From the NCBI RefSeq assembly GCF_016717175.1, contig NZ_JADKFZ010000004.1: a stretch of DNA of 64,000 nucleotides; one strand, 5' to 3'. Position 1 is the first letter of the stretch; every line of letters starts with the position of its first letter. This document shows positions 30,701 to 39,159 of this stretch, piece by piece. This DNA is from Nannocystis sp. GTDB lineage: Bacteria; Myxococcota_A; Polyangia; Nannocystales; Nannocystaceae. The translations under genes and the position numbers were made by a program. The notes under the pieces are model-generated. The model made no database searches, was not told the DNA's origin, and saw only the letters and a program-made list of their open reading frames with translations.

Positions 30701-30807
30701 GGACCGACGCCGTCGAGGCCTACAAGGCCGCGACCGCGCTGCGCAAGAAGGACAAGCCCGCCAAGGCGGCGCTCGCCGAGGCGAAGAAGAAGGCGGCGGG
30801 AAAGTAG
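27724..30807 (+). CDS. Ser/Thr protein kinase with two tandem kinase domains, a TM helix and a C-terminal TPR-like domain
   Basis: Domain 1 has FGKFVLLREMARGGMGALY, HRDISPPNIL, DFGLAK and SPEQ. Domain 2 has GMGALYRARD, HRDFKPSNIV, DFGI and APEQ. Then NGWLWLVAGGTLIIAAVLLY (TM). Start is likely GTG 27724 in the third repeat copy, but GTG 27616 or 27670 are also possible. Confidence 0.8.
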   Translation: MRDEAATHHDEFPRGFGKFVLLREMARGGMGALYLAAAGEHGGLEKLCVVKTLLADADADEDGALGRRFFDEARVVVRLNHANLVQVFDVGAVEGQLYLAMELVDGKDLRAVWNRCAQLQRRIPVDIAVFVVRELLRGLAYVHDAMGLGLVHRDISPPNILVGYRGEVKLTDFGLAKSVLRSEITSPGRVLGRFNYLSPEQARGQAVDRRTDIYAAGIVLWELLTGRQLFSASVASHGATLAAARDPFVRAPSELVPEIPDGLDSIVLRALGTEREQRYQTADRFRASLSEILARNYPSCDTDRIGGFMRDIFARDHKFETHDYASYVREDFSRVREQGRGQDAVSLSDSMDIPRRGRRAASESRMADIEEMGLLSGHTAKPTASTREEAEQRWGTVVAGRYRVEDLQVFDGMGALYRARDTERGVPCALRVLPEIYAREPEVMARFMADAQAAQELKHPNIAQVFDIGKLDDGAVYAVTELLDGQSLATIIQEEGRISPGRAVHVASQVCRALGTAHESGIIHRDFKPSNIVLVAQEGDLDFVKVVDFGICSHVDSEPSTTTSQQELIIGSPDYMAPEQAAGAEANPACDIYALGAVLFETLSGRLPYKGRNAIDVLIQKGARDAPRVTDVAPDVPEGLADVIAACLSRRPEERPSSMRVLEVELLRALDSKAPRPVKSAVAAALAGAGVPRLDTSERSANLPLPPPPESASSSSMRAPVSNEASASGPRTGPASGPSGLTPVTAMREERREPSSVQRPPEPLVERPTQQDVVEPVQQSSNGWLWLVAGGTLIIAAVLLYPQLFGGGPVPPKPDAKGGEVVVKTSADVAEPDVPDTVEPEPPVPPPAPTHDPMVIVTRAELALGEGRLTAPAGNNLSEYLQQLATLDAGNEAIARLRGKAVEGLLAKGSKELADKHAHEAAAFLRELFVLAPDNKDAIAPFTEAVLTESRILRHMKAWDEILPLIEEVTKVNPKSFDAQMLRGQTLAGLGRWTDAVEAYKAATALRKKDKPAKAALAEAKKKAAGK

Positions 30808-30945
30808 CCTGCAGCGCCGCGCGACGAGATGCTCGTCGCGGCGGCGTGGCTGCGCCGGAGCGAGCTCGGGTTGAGCTGGCTGAGCTGCGCTGGCTCAGCG
30901 GGCTCTTGCTGGCTGAGCTGGCTCGGGCTGTCCCGAGGGACAGGT

Positions 30946-31161
30946 CTACTCGTCGCGCTCCATCTTCTTGCGGAGGCTGAGCGGGCGCATGTCGGTCCAG
31001 ACCTCCTTGATGTAGTCGAGGCACTCGGCCTTCGGGCCCTGCTTGCCGGCCTCCTTCCAGCCGAGCGGCAGCTCGCGCTCGGAGGGCCAGATCGAGTACT
31101 GCTCCTCGTGGTTCACGACGACCTTGTAGATCGTGTCGTCTTCGCGGTCTTCGCTGGACAT
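30946..31161 (-). CDS. MbtH-like protein
   Basis: [53 protein letters not shown] matches the MbtH signature (N.E.Q.S.WP…GW…CL.Y…WTD.RP.SLR). It lies 17 bp after the antiporter operon's last gene. Confidence 0.8.
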   Translation of the reverse strand: MSSEDREDDTIYKVVVNHEEQYSIWPSERELPLGWKEAGKQGPKAECLDYIKEVWTDMRPLSLRKKMERDE

Positions 31162-31177
31162 GCTGCGCTCCGATCGT

Positions 31178-32971
31178 TCAGGGCACGAAGCCGAGGACGA
31201 GGTAGACGAAGAGGATGCCGGTGATGGTGATCATCGCGCCGCCGAGGCCCCACTCGCGAAACCATGACTCCTCGGCGGGCGGGGAGTAGACGAGGCGCTT
31301 GAGGTCGTCGGGGAGGCTGCCGATGAAGCCGTCGCGGACCTCACCGAAGGCGCGCATCAGCGGGGCGAGCAGGTGCTTCCAGGTCGCGGGCGCGAGGGTG
31401 CGATAGAACCAGTCGCTGTCGAGGGTGATCGTCAGCGTGCGCTTGAGGACCGGGAGCAGCACGAAGAAGGCGAGGCCGGAGAACAGCAGGAGCTGCAGCT
31501 GGCTGATCACGTGGGCGCCGGTGTAGGGCACGTAGAGCTCGACGTCGGCCGGGGCCGGGAAGGGGAGGATCGCGTAGAGCGGCTGGTACACGCCGGGGAC
31601 GCCGAGCGCGACGCAGAGGGCGGCGAAGAAGATCATCGCGGCGCGCATGTTCCACGGCGGGTCGGGCGGGCGCAGGCCGGAGTCCTTCTGGAAGAAGACG
31701 AACCACGGGAACTTGATGCCGGCGTGCAGGAACACGCCGGCCGAGGCGGCGGTGAGCACGAACCAGGCCAGCGCGAGGTGCTGGTCGGCCGCGGCCTGGT
31801 TGATCATCGACTTGGTGACGAAGCCGGAGGTCAGCGGGAAGGACGAGATGGCGAGGGCGCCGACGATGCCGCAGACCATGGTGATCGGCATCGAGTGGTA
31901 GAGGCCGCCGAGGTCGGTGCACTTGCGCTTGCCGGTCATGTACAGCACGCTGCCGGCCGACATCAGGAGGAGCGCCTTGTAGATGATGTGGGCGAAGGCG
32001 TGGGCGGCGGCGCCGTTCAGGGCCATGGCGGTGCCGATGCCGATGCCGCAGACCATGAAGCCGACCTGGTTGACGATCGAGTAGGCGAGGATCCGCCGCA
32101 TGTCGTTTTCCAGGATCGCGTAGACGATGCCGTAGACGGCCATAGCGAGGCCGACGTAGATGAGCAGCTCGGTGCCGGCGAACAGCAGCATCAAGACGTA
32201 GACGGCGGTCTTGGTGGTGAAGGCGGACAGGAAGACGGTGCCGCTCTCGGAGGCCTCGGGGTAGGCGTCGGCCAGCCAGGCGCCGAGCGGCGGGGCGGCG
32301 GCGTTGACGAGGACGCCGAGCAGGATGAGCCAGGCGGCGACGTCACCTGGCCCACAGGACAGGGCGTCAAAGCCGGCGGGGCCGAAGGCGAAGTGGGAGA
32401 GGGCGAGCGGGTCGGGTACGCCCTGAGACTGGAGGGCGAAGACGTGGGCGAGGATGCCGGCCATCAGGACGACGCCGCCGACGAGGTGGACCAGGGCGTA
32501 GCGCATGCCGGCGCGGGCGGAGCCCTCGGTGCCGGCGCTCCAGACGACGGCGGTGGAGCCGACGGCCATCAGCTCCCAGAACATGAAGAGGGTGAGGATG
32601 TCGCCGGCGAAGGTGACGCAGATGGCGCTGCCGGCGTAGACGAAGGCGGCGGGCAGCTCGACGCGCCAGCGCTTGCCGCGTTCGCTGGCGAGGCCGGTGA
32701 TCGGGTGGGCGAAGAGGGCCCCGCCGAAGGCCATCAGCGCGAAGATGGTGGCGAAGACGCGGGTCGCGGGCTGCCAGGAGAGGACCGTCAGCTGCTGGTC
32801 CATGAAGGGCAGGGTGACGCTGAGGTCGCCCGGGAGGGCCCAGATGTAGCCGAGGGTGAGCAGCGGCAGCAGCAGGGCGACGGCCGGCGCGGCGCGGCGA
32901 AGCAGCGGGAGCAGCAGGCCGCCGAGGATGAGGATGACGCCCGGGGGCGGGAGGCCGACGGATTCAGTCAT
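31178..32971 (-). CDS. NuoL/MrpA-like proton-conducting membrane subunit (597 aa)
   Basis: Has 14 or more TM helices of the complex-I antiporter-like family. Start ATG 32971 overlaps the preceding stop (TCAGTCAT). Confidence 0.8.
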   Translation of the reverse strand: MTESVGLPPPGVILILGGLLLPLLRRAAPAVALLLPLLTLGYIWALPGDLSVTLPFMDQQLTVLSWQPATRVFATIFALMAFGGALFAHPITGLASERGKRWRVELPAAFVYAGSAICVTFAGDILTLFMFWELMAVGSTAVVWSAGTEGSARAGMRYALVHLVGGVVLMAGILAHVFALQSQGVPDPLALSHFAFGPAGFDALSCGPGDVAAWLILLGVLVNAAAPPLGAWLADAYPEASESGTVFLSAFTTKTAVYVLMLLFAGTELLIYVGLAMAVYGIVYAILENDMRRILAYSIVNQVGFMVCGIGIGTAMALNGAAAHAFAHIIYKALLLMSAGSVLYMTGKRKCTDLGGLYHSMPITMVCGIVGALAISSFPLTSGFVTKSMINQAAADQHLALAWFVLTAASAGVFLHAGIKFPWFVFFQKDSGLRPPDPPWNMRAAMIFFAALCVALGVPGVYQPLYAILPFPAPADVELYVPYTGAHVISQLQLLLFSGLAFFVLLPVLKRTLTITLDSDWFYRTLAPATWKHLLAPLMRAFGEVRDGFIGSLPDDLKRLVYSPPAEESWFREWGLGGAMITITGILFVYLVLGFVP

Positions 32972-33197
32972 CGTAGTAGGTGTCCCTTCGCTTGAGCAGG
33001 AGGCCGACGACGAACTTGGAGACGAGGACCATGCCGGCGCACACGGCGAAGCCGTACCAGGCGTGGAACGCGAAGCCGCCGTCGACGCCGAAGTGCGGGT
33101 GGTGCTCGACGGCCGCGTCGGCGGCGACGAGCACGGCGAGCACCACGAGCGACACGACCCACAGCATGCGGATGGTGGCAGGATCTTCGAGCTTCAC
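32964..33197 (-). CDS. small two-TM membrane protein embedded in the antiporter operon
   Basis: A GTG 33197 start gives VKLEDPATIRMLWVVSLVVLAVLV…[17 protein letters not shown] (77 aa). GTGA overlaps the upstream stop, and its TGA is 2 nt before the next ATG. Confidence 0.4.
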   Translation of the reverse strand: MKLEDPATIRMLWVVSLVVLAVLVAADAAVEHHPHFGVDGGFAFHAWYGFAVCAGMVLVSKFVVGLLLKRRDTYYDD

Positions 33198-34777
33198 GGC
33201 AGCAGGCCTTTCCGGAGCTGAGTGGCGAGGTCGATGGCGAGGTCGGAGTAGAAGAAGAAGGCGATGGTCGCGGCGGCGGTGCAGCACAGCGCGAGGACCA
33301 TCGGCCAGGGCGCCTCGCCGTGCTCACCGTGGTGGCCGTGGGCGTGGCTGTGGTCGTCCTCGTCGCCGAACAGGCCGTCGGTCGAGCTGGCGTGGCGGCC
33401 CGGGTTGGCGGCGCGGGGCGAGGGGCGGAAGAAGGCGCGGTAGATGATCGGGAGGAAGTAGCCGGCGTTGAGCAGGGTGCTGAGGATGATGACGCCGACG
33501 ACGAAGGCGTACTCGGTCTCCCAGGCGGCGGTCAGCAGGTACCACTTGCTGATGAAGCCGGCGGTCGGCGGGAGGCCGATCATCGACAGGGCGCCGATCG
33601 TGAAGGCGCCCATGGTGAAGGGCATGCGCCGGCCGATGCCGTCGAGCTGGCTGACCTCGGTCTTGTGGGCGGCGGTGTAGATCGAGCCGGCGGCGAAGAA
33701 CAGGGTGATCTTGCCGAAGGCGTGGGCGGCGATGTGGAGGGCGGCCGCCATGATCGAGATCGGCGACAGCAGGGCCGCGGCGATGATGACGTAGGACAGC
33801 TGGCTGACCGTCGAGTAGGCGAGGCGGCGCTTGAGGTTGTCCTGGAACAGGGCGATGAAGGAGGCGATCAGGATGGTCGCGCCGGCGACGTAGATGAGCC
33901 AGCTGCCCTGGTGGTACTTGATGAGCGTGAGCGGGCCGAAGGTGTAGACGATCACCTTGACGACGGTGAAGACGCCGGCCTTGACGACGGCGACTGCGTG
34001 GAGCAGGGCGCTGACCGGCGTCGGCGCGACCATGGCGGCGGGCAGCCAGCGGTGCATCGGCATCAGCGCGGCCTTGCCGATGCCGTACATGTAGAGGAGG
34101 AACAGGGTGCCGAGGACGGGCGCCGAGAGCTCGCCGGAGGCCAGGGCCTTGGTGAACACGCCGCCTGGCTTGAAGGACAGGTCGTGGGTGTAGGCGTAGG
34201 TGGCGATGATGCCGGCGAGGAGGAAGCAGACGGAGGTGACGACGAGGATGCCGAGGTAGGTCCGGGCCGAGCGCAGCGCCTCCGCGGTGCCCTTGTGGGC
34301 GACCAGCGGGTAGGTCGTGAGGGTCAGCATCTCGTAGAAGACGAACAGGGTGAACAGGTTGCCGGCGAAGGCGAGGCCCATCACGCTGCTGATGGCGAGG
34401 GCGAAGCAGACGTAGAAGCGGGTCTGGTGCTTCTCCTGGTTGCCGCGCATGTAGCCGATCGAGTAGAGCGAGTTGAGGATCCACAGGGCGCTGGCGATGA
34501 GCGCGAAGATCATGCCGAGGGGCTCGACCTTGAGCTCGAGGAAGACGTTGGGGACGACCTCGATGAGGCGCAGCGGCGGGGCCTTGGCGTAGCCGGCCCA
34601 GAAGTCGGGGGCGAGCACGCGGGGGACGATGCCGATGACCGTGTAGAACAGGGCCGCGGCGGTGCCGAGGGTGATGCCCTCGCGGAGGTTGGCAAAGCGG
34701 CCGGCGAGGGCGATGAGGAGGGCGCCGATCAGGGGGATGTAGATGGCCAGCAGCGGCGGGGAGAGGTCGAAGGTCAC
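33194..34777 (-). CDS. MrpD/NuoM-like antiporter subunit (527 aa)
   Basis: GTG 34777 is preceded by GGAGGTG and overlaps the upstream stop (GTGA). Typical NuoM/MrpD helices (…LHAVAVVKAGVFTV…). The track ORF N-terminus is an artefact. Confidence 0.8.
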   Translation of the reverse strand: MTFDLSPPLLAIYIPLIGALLIALAGRFANLREGITLGTAAALFYTVIGIVPRVLAPDFWAGYAKAPPLRLIEVVPNVFLELKVEPLGMIFALIASALWILNSLYSIGYMRGNQEKHQTRFYVCFALAISSVMGLAFAGNLFTLFVFYEMLTLTTYPLVAHKGTAEALRSARTYLGILVVTSVCFLLAGIIATYAYTHDLSFKPGGVFTKALASGELSAPVLGTLFLLYMYGIGKAALMPMHRWLPAAMVAPTPVSALLHAVAVVKAGVFTVVKVIVYTFGPLTLIKYHQGSWLIYVAGATILIASFIALFQDNLKRRLAYSTVSQLSYVIIAAALLSPISIMAAALHIAAHAFGKITLFFAAGSIYTAAHKTEVSQLDGIGRRMPFTMGAFTIGALSMIGLPPTAGFISKWYLLTAAWETEYAFVVGVIILSTLLNAGYFLPIIYRAFFRPSPRAANPGRHASSTDGLFGDEDDHSHAHGHHGEHGEAPWPMVLALCCTAAATIAFFFYSDLAIDLATQLRKGLLP

Positions 34778-36285
34778 GGGGCACCTCCGAGCAGCGAGCG
34801 GGCGGCGGTCAGGGCGATGTGGCCGGTGAAGGTGGCGTTGATGCCGAAGTAGATGCTGGCGCCGATCAGGGTCCACATCGGGATGAGCATCATCAGCGGG
34901 GCCTCCTCGACCGGCGGGGTGCCGGGGTCGGGCTCCTGGAAGTAGGCGGCCTCGACGACGCGCCAGGTGTAGACGACGGCGAGCAGCGAGCCGATGAGGA
35001 CGACGGCGGCGAGCGGCCAGCCGCCGGGGCGCTCGAGGCAGCCCTGGACGAGGTACCACTTGCTGATGAAGCCGGCGGTGAGCGGGAAGCCGATCAGGCC
35101 GAGGCCGCCGACGGTGAAGGCGGCGAGGGTCAGCGGCATCTGTTTGCCGAGGCCGCGCACGCTGCGGATGTCGCAGCGGCCGGTGCGGTAGACGATGGCG
35201 CCGAGGGCCATAAACATGCCGCCCTTCATGACGGCGTGGTTGAAGATGTGGGCGACGGAGCCGGCGATGCCGTGGAGGTTGGCGAGGGCGAAGCCGAGGA
35301 CGATGTAGCCGAGCTGGCCGACGCTCGAGTAGGCCAGCATGCGCTTGAGGTTGGTCTGGCGGATCGCGGTGACGCCGGTGACGAGGATGCCGGCCGAGGC
35401 GCACAGCAGCAGGACCAGGCCGCTCGGCATCATGCCGAAGCTGAAGCCGACGCCGAAGATGGTGAAGAGGAAGCGGAAGGCCATGTACACGCCGACCTTG
35501 GTGGCGGTGGCGGCGAGCAGCGCGGACACGGCCGAGGGGGCGTAGGTGTAGGCCCGCGGCAGCCACATGTGCAGCGGGAACATGGCCATCTTCATGCCGA
35601 GGCCGGCGAGCAGGAAGGCGAAGGCGACCAGGACGGTGCGGCTCTCGAGGATGCCCGGCACGCTCATGAGGCGGTCGTGCATGTCCTGCATGTTGAGCGT
35701 GCCGGTGATCATCATCAGGTAGCCGATGCCCAGCAGGATGAAGCTGGCGCCGACGCTGCCGAGGATGAGGTACCGGAGGCTGGCCGTGAGGGCGCCGCGG
35801 TGCATGTCCTTGCCCATGGCGATCAGGGCGTAGACGGTGAGCGACGAGATCTCGAGGAGGACGTAGACGTTGAAGGCGTCGCCGGTGACGGTGATGCCGA
35901 GCAGGCCGGTGATGGCGAGGACCCAGACGGCGTAGAAGAAGTTGACGCGGTCGGCCGGTATCTCCTTCTCCACGCTGAGCTTGGCGTAGATGGTGGTGAT
36001 GAAGCCGACGCCGCCGACGATGAGGAGGATGAAGGCGTTGAGGGCGTCGACGCGGTACTCGATGCCCCACTGGCGCGGCCAGTTGCCGAGCTCGTAGCTG
36101 ACCATGCCGGTCTTGCTGGCGAGCACCTGCATCATCAGGCGGATGGTGAAGTAGAAGACGGTGCCGGTGAGGAAGGTGGCCCAGGCCCAGGGCTTCCAGC
36201 CGCGGCCGGTGGCGATGGTCAGGATGCCGCCGATCAGCGGGACGGTGACGATGAGGACGGGGAGGTGGGCTTGCACGTCAACCAT
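34774..36285 (-). CDS. MrpD/NuoN-like antiporter subunit (503 aa)
   Basis: Complex-I antiporter-like membrane protein. Overlaps mrpC by 8 nt. Confidence 0.8.
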   Translation of the reverse strand: MVDVQAHLPVLIVTVPLIGGILTIATGRGWKPWAWATFLTGTVFYFTIRLMMQVLASKTGMVSYELGNWPRQWGIEYRVDALNAFILLIVGGVGFITTIYAKLSVEKEIPADRVNFFYAVWVLAITGLLGITVTGDAFNVYVLLEISSLTVYALIAMGKDMHRGALTASLRYLILGSVGASFILLGIGYLMMITGTLNMQDMHDRLMSVPGILESRTVLVAFAFLLAGLGMKMAMFPLHMWLPRAYTYAPSAVSALLAATATKVGVYMAFRFLFTIFGVGFSFGMMPSGLVLLLCASAGILVTGVTAIRQTNLKRMLAYSSVGQLGYIVLGFALANLHGIAGSVAHIFNHAVMKGGMFMALGAIVYRTGRCDIRSVRGLGKQMPLTLAAFTVGGLGLIGFPLTAGFISKWYLVQGCLERPGGWPLAAVVLIGSLLAVVYTWRVVEAAYFQEPDPGTPPVEEAPLMMLIPMWTLIGASIYFGINATFTGHIALTAARSLLGGAP

Positions 36286-36757
36286 GGTGGTGGCCCCCGT
36301 GAGCGTGTTCGAGGCCGTGGCCCTCGGCGGCGGCCTCGTCGACGGCGTCGGCGGCGGCGCCGGCGTGGAACTCGGCGAGGCGGTCGGCGATGTCCATCGC
36401 CTCGATCTCGTCGGCCTCGATGGTGCCGTAGCGGCGCTTGATGTTGATGATGAGGGCGAGGGCGACGGCCAGCACCGACACCGAGACGACGATGGCCGTC
36501 AGGATGAGGACGTGCGGGAGCGGGTTGTCGTAGGGGCCCTGGAACTTCTGGGCGCCGTCCTGCACGGTGGTCCACACCGGGGCGGTGCCGCCGTCGATGA
36601 CGGCCATCGAGATGTAGTAGAGGAAGATGCCGGTCTGGAACAGGCCGAGGGCGATGGCCTGCTTGATGAGGTTCGGCTTGGCGATGACGCCGTAGAGCCC
36701 GATCATCATCAAGATGACGTAGATCCAGTAGTTGTAGATGCCGAGGACGCCGGTCAT
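36278..36757 (-). CDS. mrpC: MrpC/NuoK-like antiporter subunit
   Basis: MTGVLGIYNYWIYVILMMIGLYGV… has the NuoK-like three-helix fold. A His-rich tail follows. ATGA overlap with mnhB. Confidence 0.8.
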   Translation of the reverse strand: MTGVLGIYNYWIYVILMMIGLYGVIAKPNLIKQAIALGLFQTGIFLYYISMAVIDGGTAPVWTTVQDGAQKFQGPYDNPLPHVLILTAIVVSVSVLAVALALIINIKRRYGTIEADEIEAMDIADRLAEFHAGAAADAVDEAAAEGHGLEHAHGGHHHG

Positions 36758-37692
36758 CGTGACTCTTCCTCCGCGAGCTGGTTGAAGATGTTGAGCATGA
36801 CCATGCTGACGGTGATGCCGACGCCGTACTCGACGAGGGTCATGCCGAGCGCCTCGCCCTCGCCGGGGCTGACGGTGTCGAGCATCGAGTAGTCGAGGAA
36901 CTTGCCGCCGAGCAGGAGGCAGGCGGCGCCGGTGCCGGAGTAGACGAGGACGCCGAGGCCGGTGAGCATGTCGATGACGGGCGGCGGGAGCACGCGGTAG
37001 AGGGCGGGGCGGCCGAAGATCAGGGCGTAGAGGATGAAGGCGCAGGCGATGACGACGCCGCCCTGGAAGCCGCCGCCGGGGCCGAGCTCGCCGTGGGTGA
37101 TGACGTAGAGGCCGAACAGGAGGATGAAGGGGATCGACATCTTGCTGACGACGCGGAGGATCGTCTGGTCGAGCAGCGGGGCGGACTTCTGGGCCTGACC
37201 CTCGCGCCGCGGGCGACGCAGCAGCATGATCAGCGAGACGCCGGCGGTGAAGATGACGGTCGTCTCGAACATCGTGTCGTAGCCGCGGTAGGCCGCGAGC
37301 AGCGAGGTCACCGAGTTCGGGACGTGGCCGTTGAAGTCGTCGGGCGGGTGGAGGTGGTGGCCGGCCTCGGCGTGCTGAGGATGGCTTCCGAGGACCTCGG
37401 GGACGATGACGCCGTGCTGGGCGAGGACCGAGGTCTCGCGCCAGGCGGTGTCCTTGGGGTCGTCGGGGACGCTGGTGACGGCGCCGTTGAAGCTGCGGTA
37501 GGCGCGGGCATCGAAGCCCTCGGGGGGGGCCTGCTTGCCCTTGGTGCCGTTCACGAAGCCGACGGTCTGGGCCATCATCTCGGGGACGCGGAAGTGGTGG
37601 ATCGGGGCCTTCGGGTCGCCGAAGCGCGGCATGTCGAAGGTGCCGTAGATGAGGGCGGCGCCGGTGAGGGCGGTGACGATCAGCGGCCTTCC
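36754..37692 (-). CDS. mrpB: MnhB/MrpB-like antiporter subunit (the upstream portion continues in another frame)
   Basis: …GHHLHPPDD…SIPFILLFGLYVITHGELGPGGGFQGGVVIA… is the MnhB core. A protein-like sequence (LIVTALTGAALIYGTFD) extends upstream of the track's Met at 37632. Confidence 0.7.
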   Translation of the reverse strand, partial: GRPLIVTALTGAALIYGTFDMPRFGDPKAPIHHFRVPEMMAQTVGFVNGTKGKQAPPEGFDARAYRSFNGAVTSVPDDPKDTAWRETSVLAQHGVIVPEVLGSHPQHAEAGHHLHPPDDFNGHVPNSVTSLLAAYRGYDTMFETTVIFTAGVSLIMLLRRPRREGQAQKSAPLLDQTILRVVSKMSIPFILLFGLYVITHGELGPGGGFQGGVVIACAFILYALIFGRPALYRVLPPPVIDMLTGLGVLVYSGTGAACLLLGGKFLDYSMLDTVSPGEGEALGMTLVEYGVGITVSMVMLNIFNQLAEEESR

Positions 37693-37960
37693 AGTGGACG
37701 CGGACCTTGAGCGGCTTCTCCTCGCGGGCGGTGTGGACGAGGGTGCCGATCAGGAGGATCGTGGAGATGCCGCCGCCGACGGCCGCCTCGGTGAAGGCGA
37801 CGTCCATCGAGTGCATGTTGACCCACACGAGGGCCATCAGCAGCGAGTAGACGGAGGTCAACATCGCCGAGGTGTAGAGGTTGCGGACCTCGATGATGGC
37901 GATCGCGGTGACGGTGACGAGGAGGAGGAGGACGGTGTCGATGAGGACGACGCTGGTCAC
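37686..37960 (-). CDS. DUF4040/MbhD-like N-terminal domain, apparently joined to mnhB by a frameshift
   Basis: MTSVVLIDTVLLLLVTVTAIAIIEVRNLYTSAMLTS…GGISTILLIGTLVHTA. There is no in-frame stop; the frame degenerates into Arg/Pro artefact after about 37690. Confidence 0.5.
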
Positions 37961-38277
37961 GGCTCACCTCCCGGGTCGCTCCGGGTCCAGGGGCGCAGGT
38001 CGTGGAGGTGCGCGGCCTTGGTGATCGCGTGGGTGGCGGTCGGGGCGGCGATCATGAGGATCATGCCGACCGAGACGACCTTGATGCAGGTCAGGACGTC
38101 CGGGGTGACGAAGGCCAGGCCGATGAGGATCAGGAACTGACCGAGCGAGTCGGTTTTGCCGGAGGTGTGCAGCCGGGTGTAGAAGTCCGGCATGCGGAGG
38201 AGGCCCAGCGAGCCGGTCAGCGAGACCACGCAGCCGAGCGCGAGGAGGACGGTGGTGACGATCTCGTTCCAGTGCAT
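37957..38277 (-). CDS. mrpG: MrpG/MnhG antiporter subunit
   Basis: 106 aa with three TM helices. Has the MnhG-like TRLHTSGKTDSLG motif. Confidence 0.8.
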   Translation of the reverse strand: MHWNEIVTTVLLALGCVVSLTGSLGLLRMPDFYTRLHTSGKTDSLGQFLILIGLAFVTPDVLTCIKVVSVGMILMIAAPTATHAITKAAHLHDLRPWTRSDPGGEP

Positions 38278-38280
38278 GGG

Positions 38281-38544
38281 CTAGTCCAGGCGGCCCTTTT
38301 CGGCGAATTTGAGGATCGCGACCGTGGTGATGAAGGTGATCAACGCGTAGATGATCGCCATGTCGATGAACTCGGGTCGGCCGCTGATGTAGCCGAGCAG
38401 GGTGACGAACACGATCGTCTTGGTGCCGATCGCGTTGGTGGCGAGGATGACGTCGTAGACGGTGGGACCGACGACGGCGCGGATCAGGATGATGAGGAGG
38501 CCGATCAGCAGGGCGATGGCCGTGAAGAGGTAGACCCACTGCAC
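38281..38544 (-). CDS. mrpF: MrpF/MnhF antiporter subunit
   Basis: GTG 38544 start (VQWVYLFTAIALLIGLLI…). The track ORF's first 19 aa are an artefact. Confidence 0.7.
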   Translation of the reverse strand: MQWVYLFTAIALLIGLLIILIRAVVGPTVYDVILATNAIGTKTIVFVTLLGYISGRPEFIDMAIIYALITFITTVAILKFAEKGRLD

Positions 38545-38548
38545 GCGG

Positions 38549-39028
38549 TTAGTCCTCCAGCGTCTTGACGTGACGCTCCATGTCACCCTCTTTGAGGCCA
38601 CTCTCGGCGTCGGGCGTGAGGCAGTGGATGAGCATGCGGCGCTCCTCCACGATCACGGTCACGGTGCCGGGGGTGAGGGTGATCGAATTGGCGTAGGTGG
38701 TGGTGACGAAGGGGTGGCGGGTGCTGTAGTCGATCCAGGCCATGCGCGGGTCGATCGGCAGCGACGGCGACCAGATCCGCTTGAACACGTCCCAGTTGGA
38801 GAGGATCACCTGCCAGGTCAGGTAGGGCAGGTAGAGGAGGGCGCGCGGGAAGAAGCGCGCGGGCACGCCCTCGTCGTCGAGCACGCCCATGCGGCGGCTG
38901 ATCCACACGATGAAGGTGATGCAAAGCACGCCTGCGACGATCAGGAAGTTGTTGTGAAACTGCCCTGAGAGCAGCGCCCAAAACACGCCCAGAAGCAGGA
39001 ACAAGGACAAGGCGGGCATCATCGGCAA
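38549..39028 (-). CDS. mrpE: MrpE/MnhE antiporter subunit
   Basis: 159 aa with two N-terminal TM helices plus a C-terminal domain, as in MnhE. Confidence 0.75.
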   Translation of the reverse strand: MPMMPALSLFLLLGVFWALLSGQFHNNFLIVAGVLCITFIVWISRRMGVLDDEGVPARFFPRALLYLPYLTWQVILSNWDVFKRIWSPSLPIDPRMAWIDYSTRHPFVTTTYANSITLTPGTVTVIVEERRMLIHCLTPDAESGLKEGDMERHVKTLED

Positions 39029-39159
39029 GATGACGCTATCCGTTTGCGCCAGACGTGCCTATGGGAAAGATCGCGCTCGGCGGGTCGGTCGGGGCGCTTG
39101 ATCGGCGGGCCGCGGACCTGGTTCGGCACCCGGGGCATTGGTGGCATCATCCCCGGCCC

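Noticed and set aside
30946-31161. MbtH-like gene as evidence of an NRPS cluster in this window
   Set aside because: No adenylation, condensation or thiolation domains are present anywhere in the 64 kb. I kept it as an orphan MbtH-like gene.
36278-37960. Single 560-aa MrpB/C fusion as suggested by the track
   Set aside because: The middle ~300 aa of that frame are Arg/Pro artefact. The real content is DUF4040 at the 5' end and MrpC at the 3' end, both in this frame by coincidence, and MnhB in another frame.
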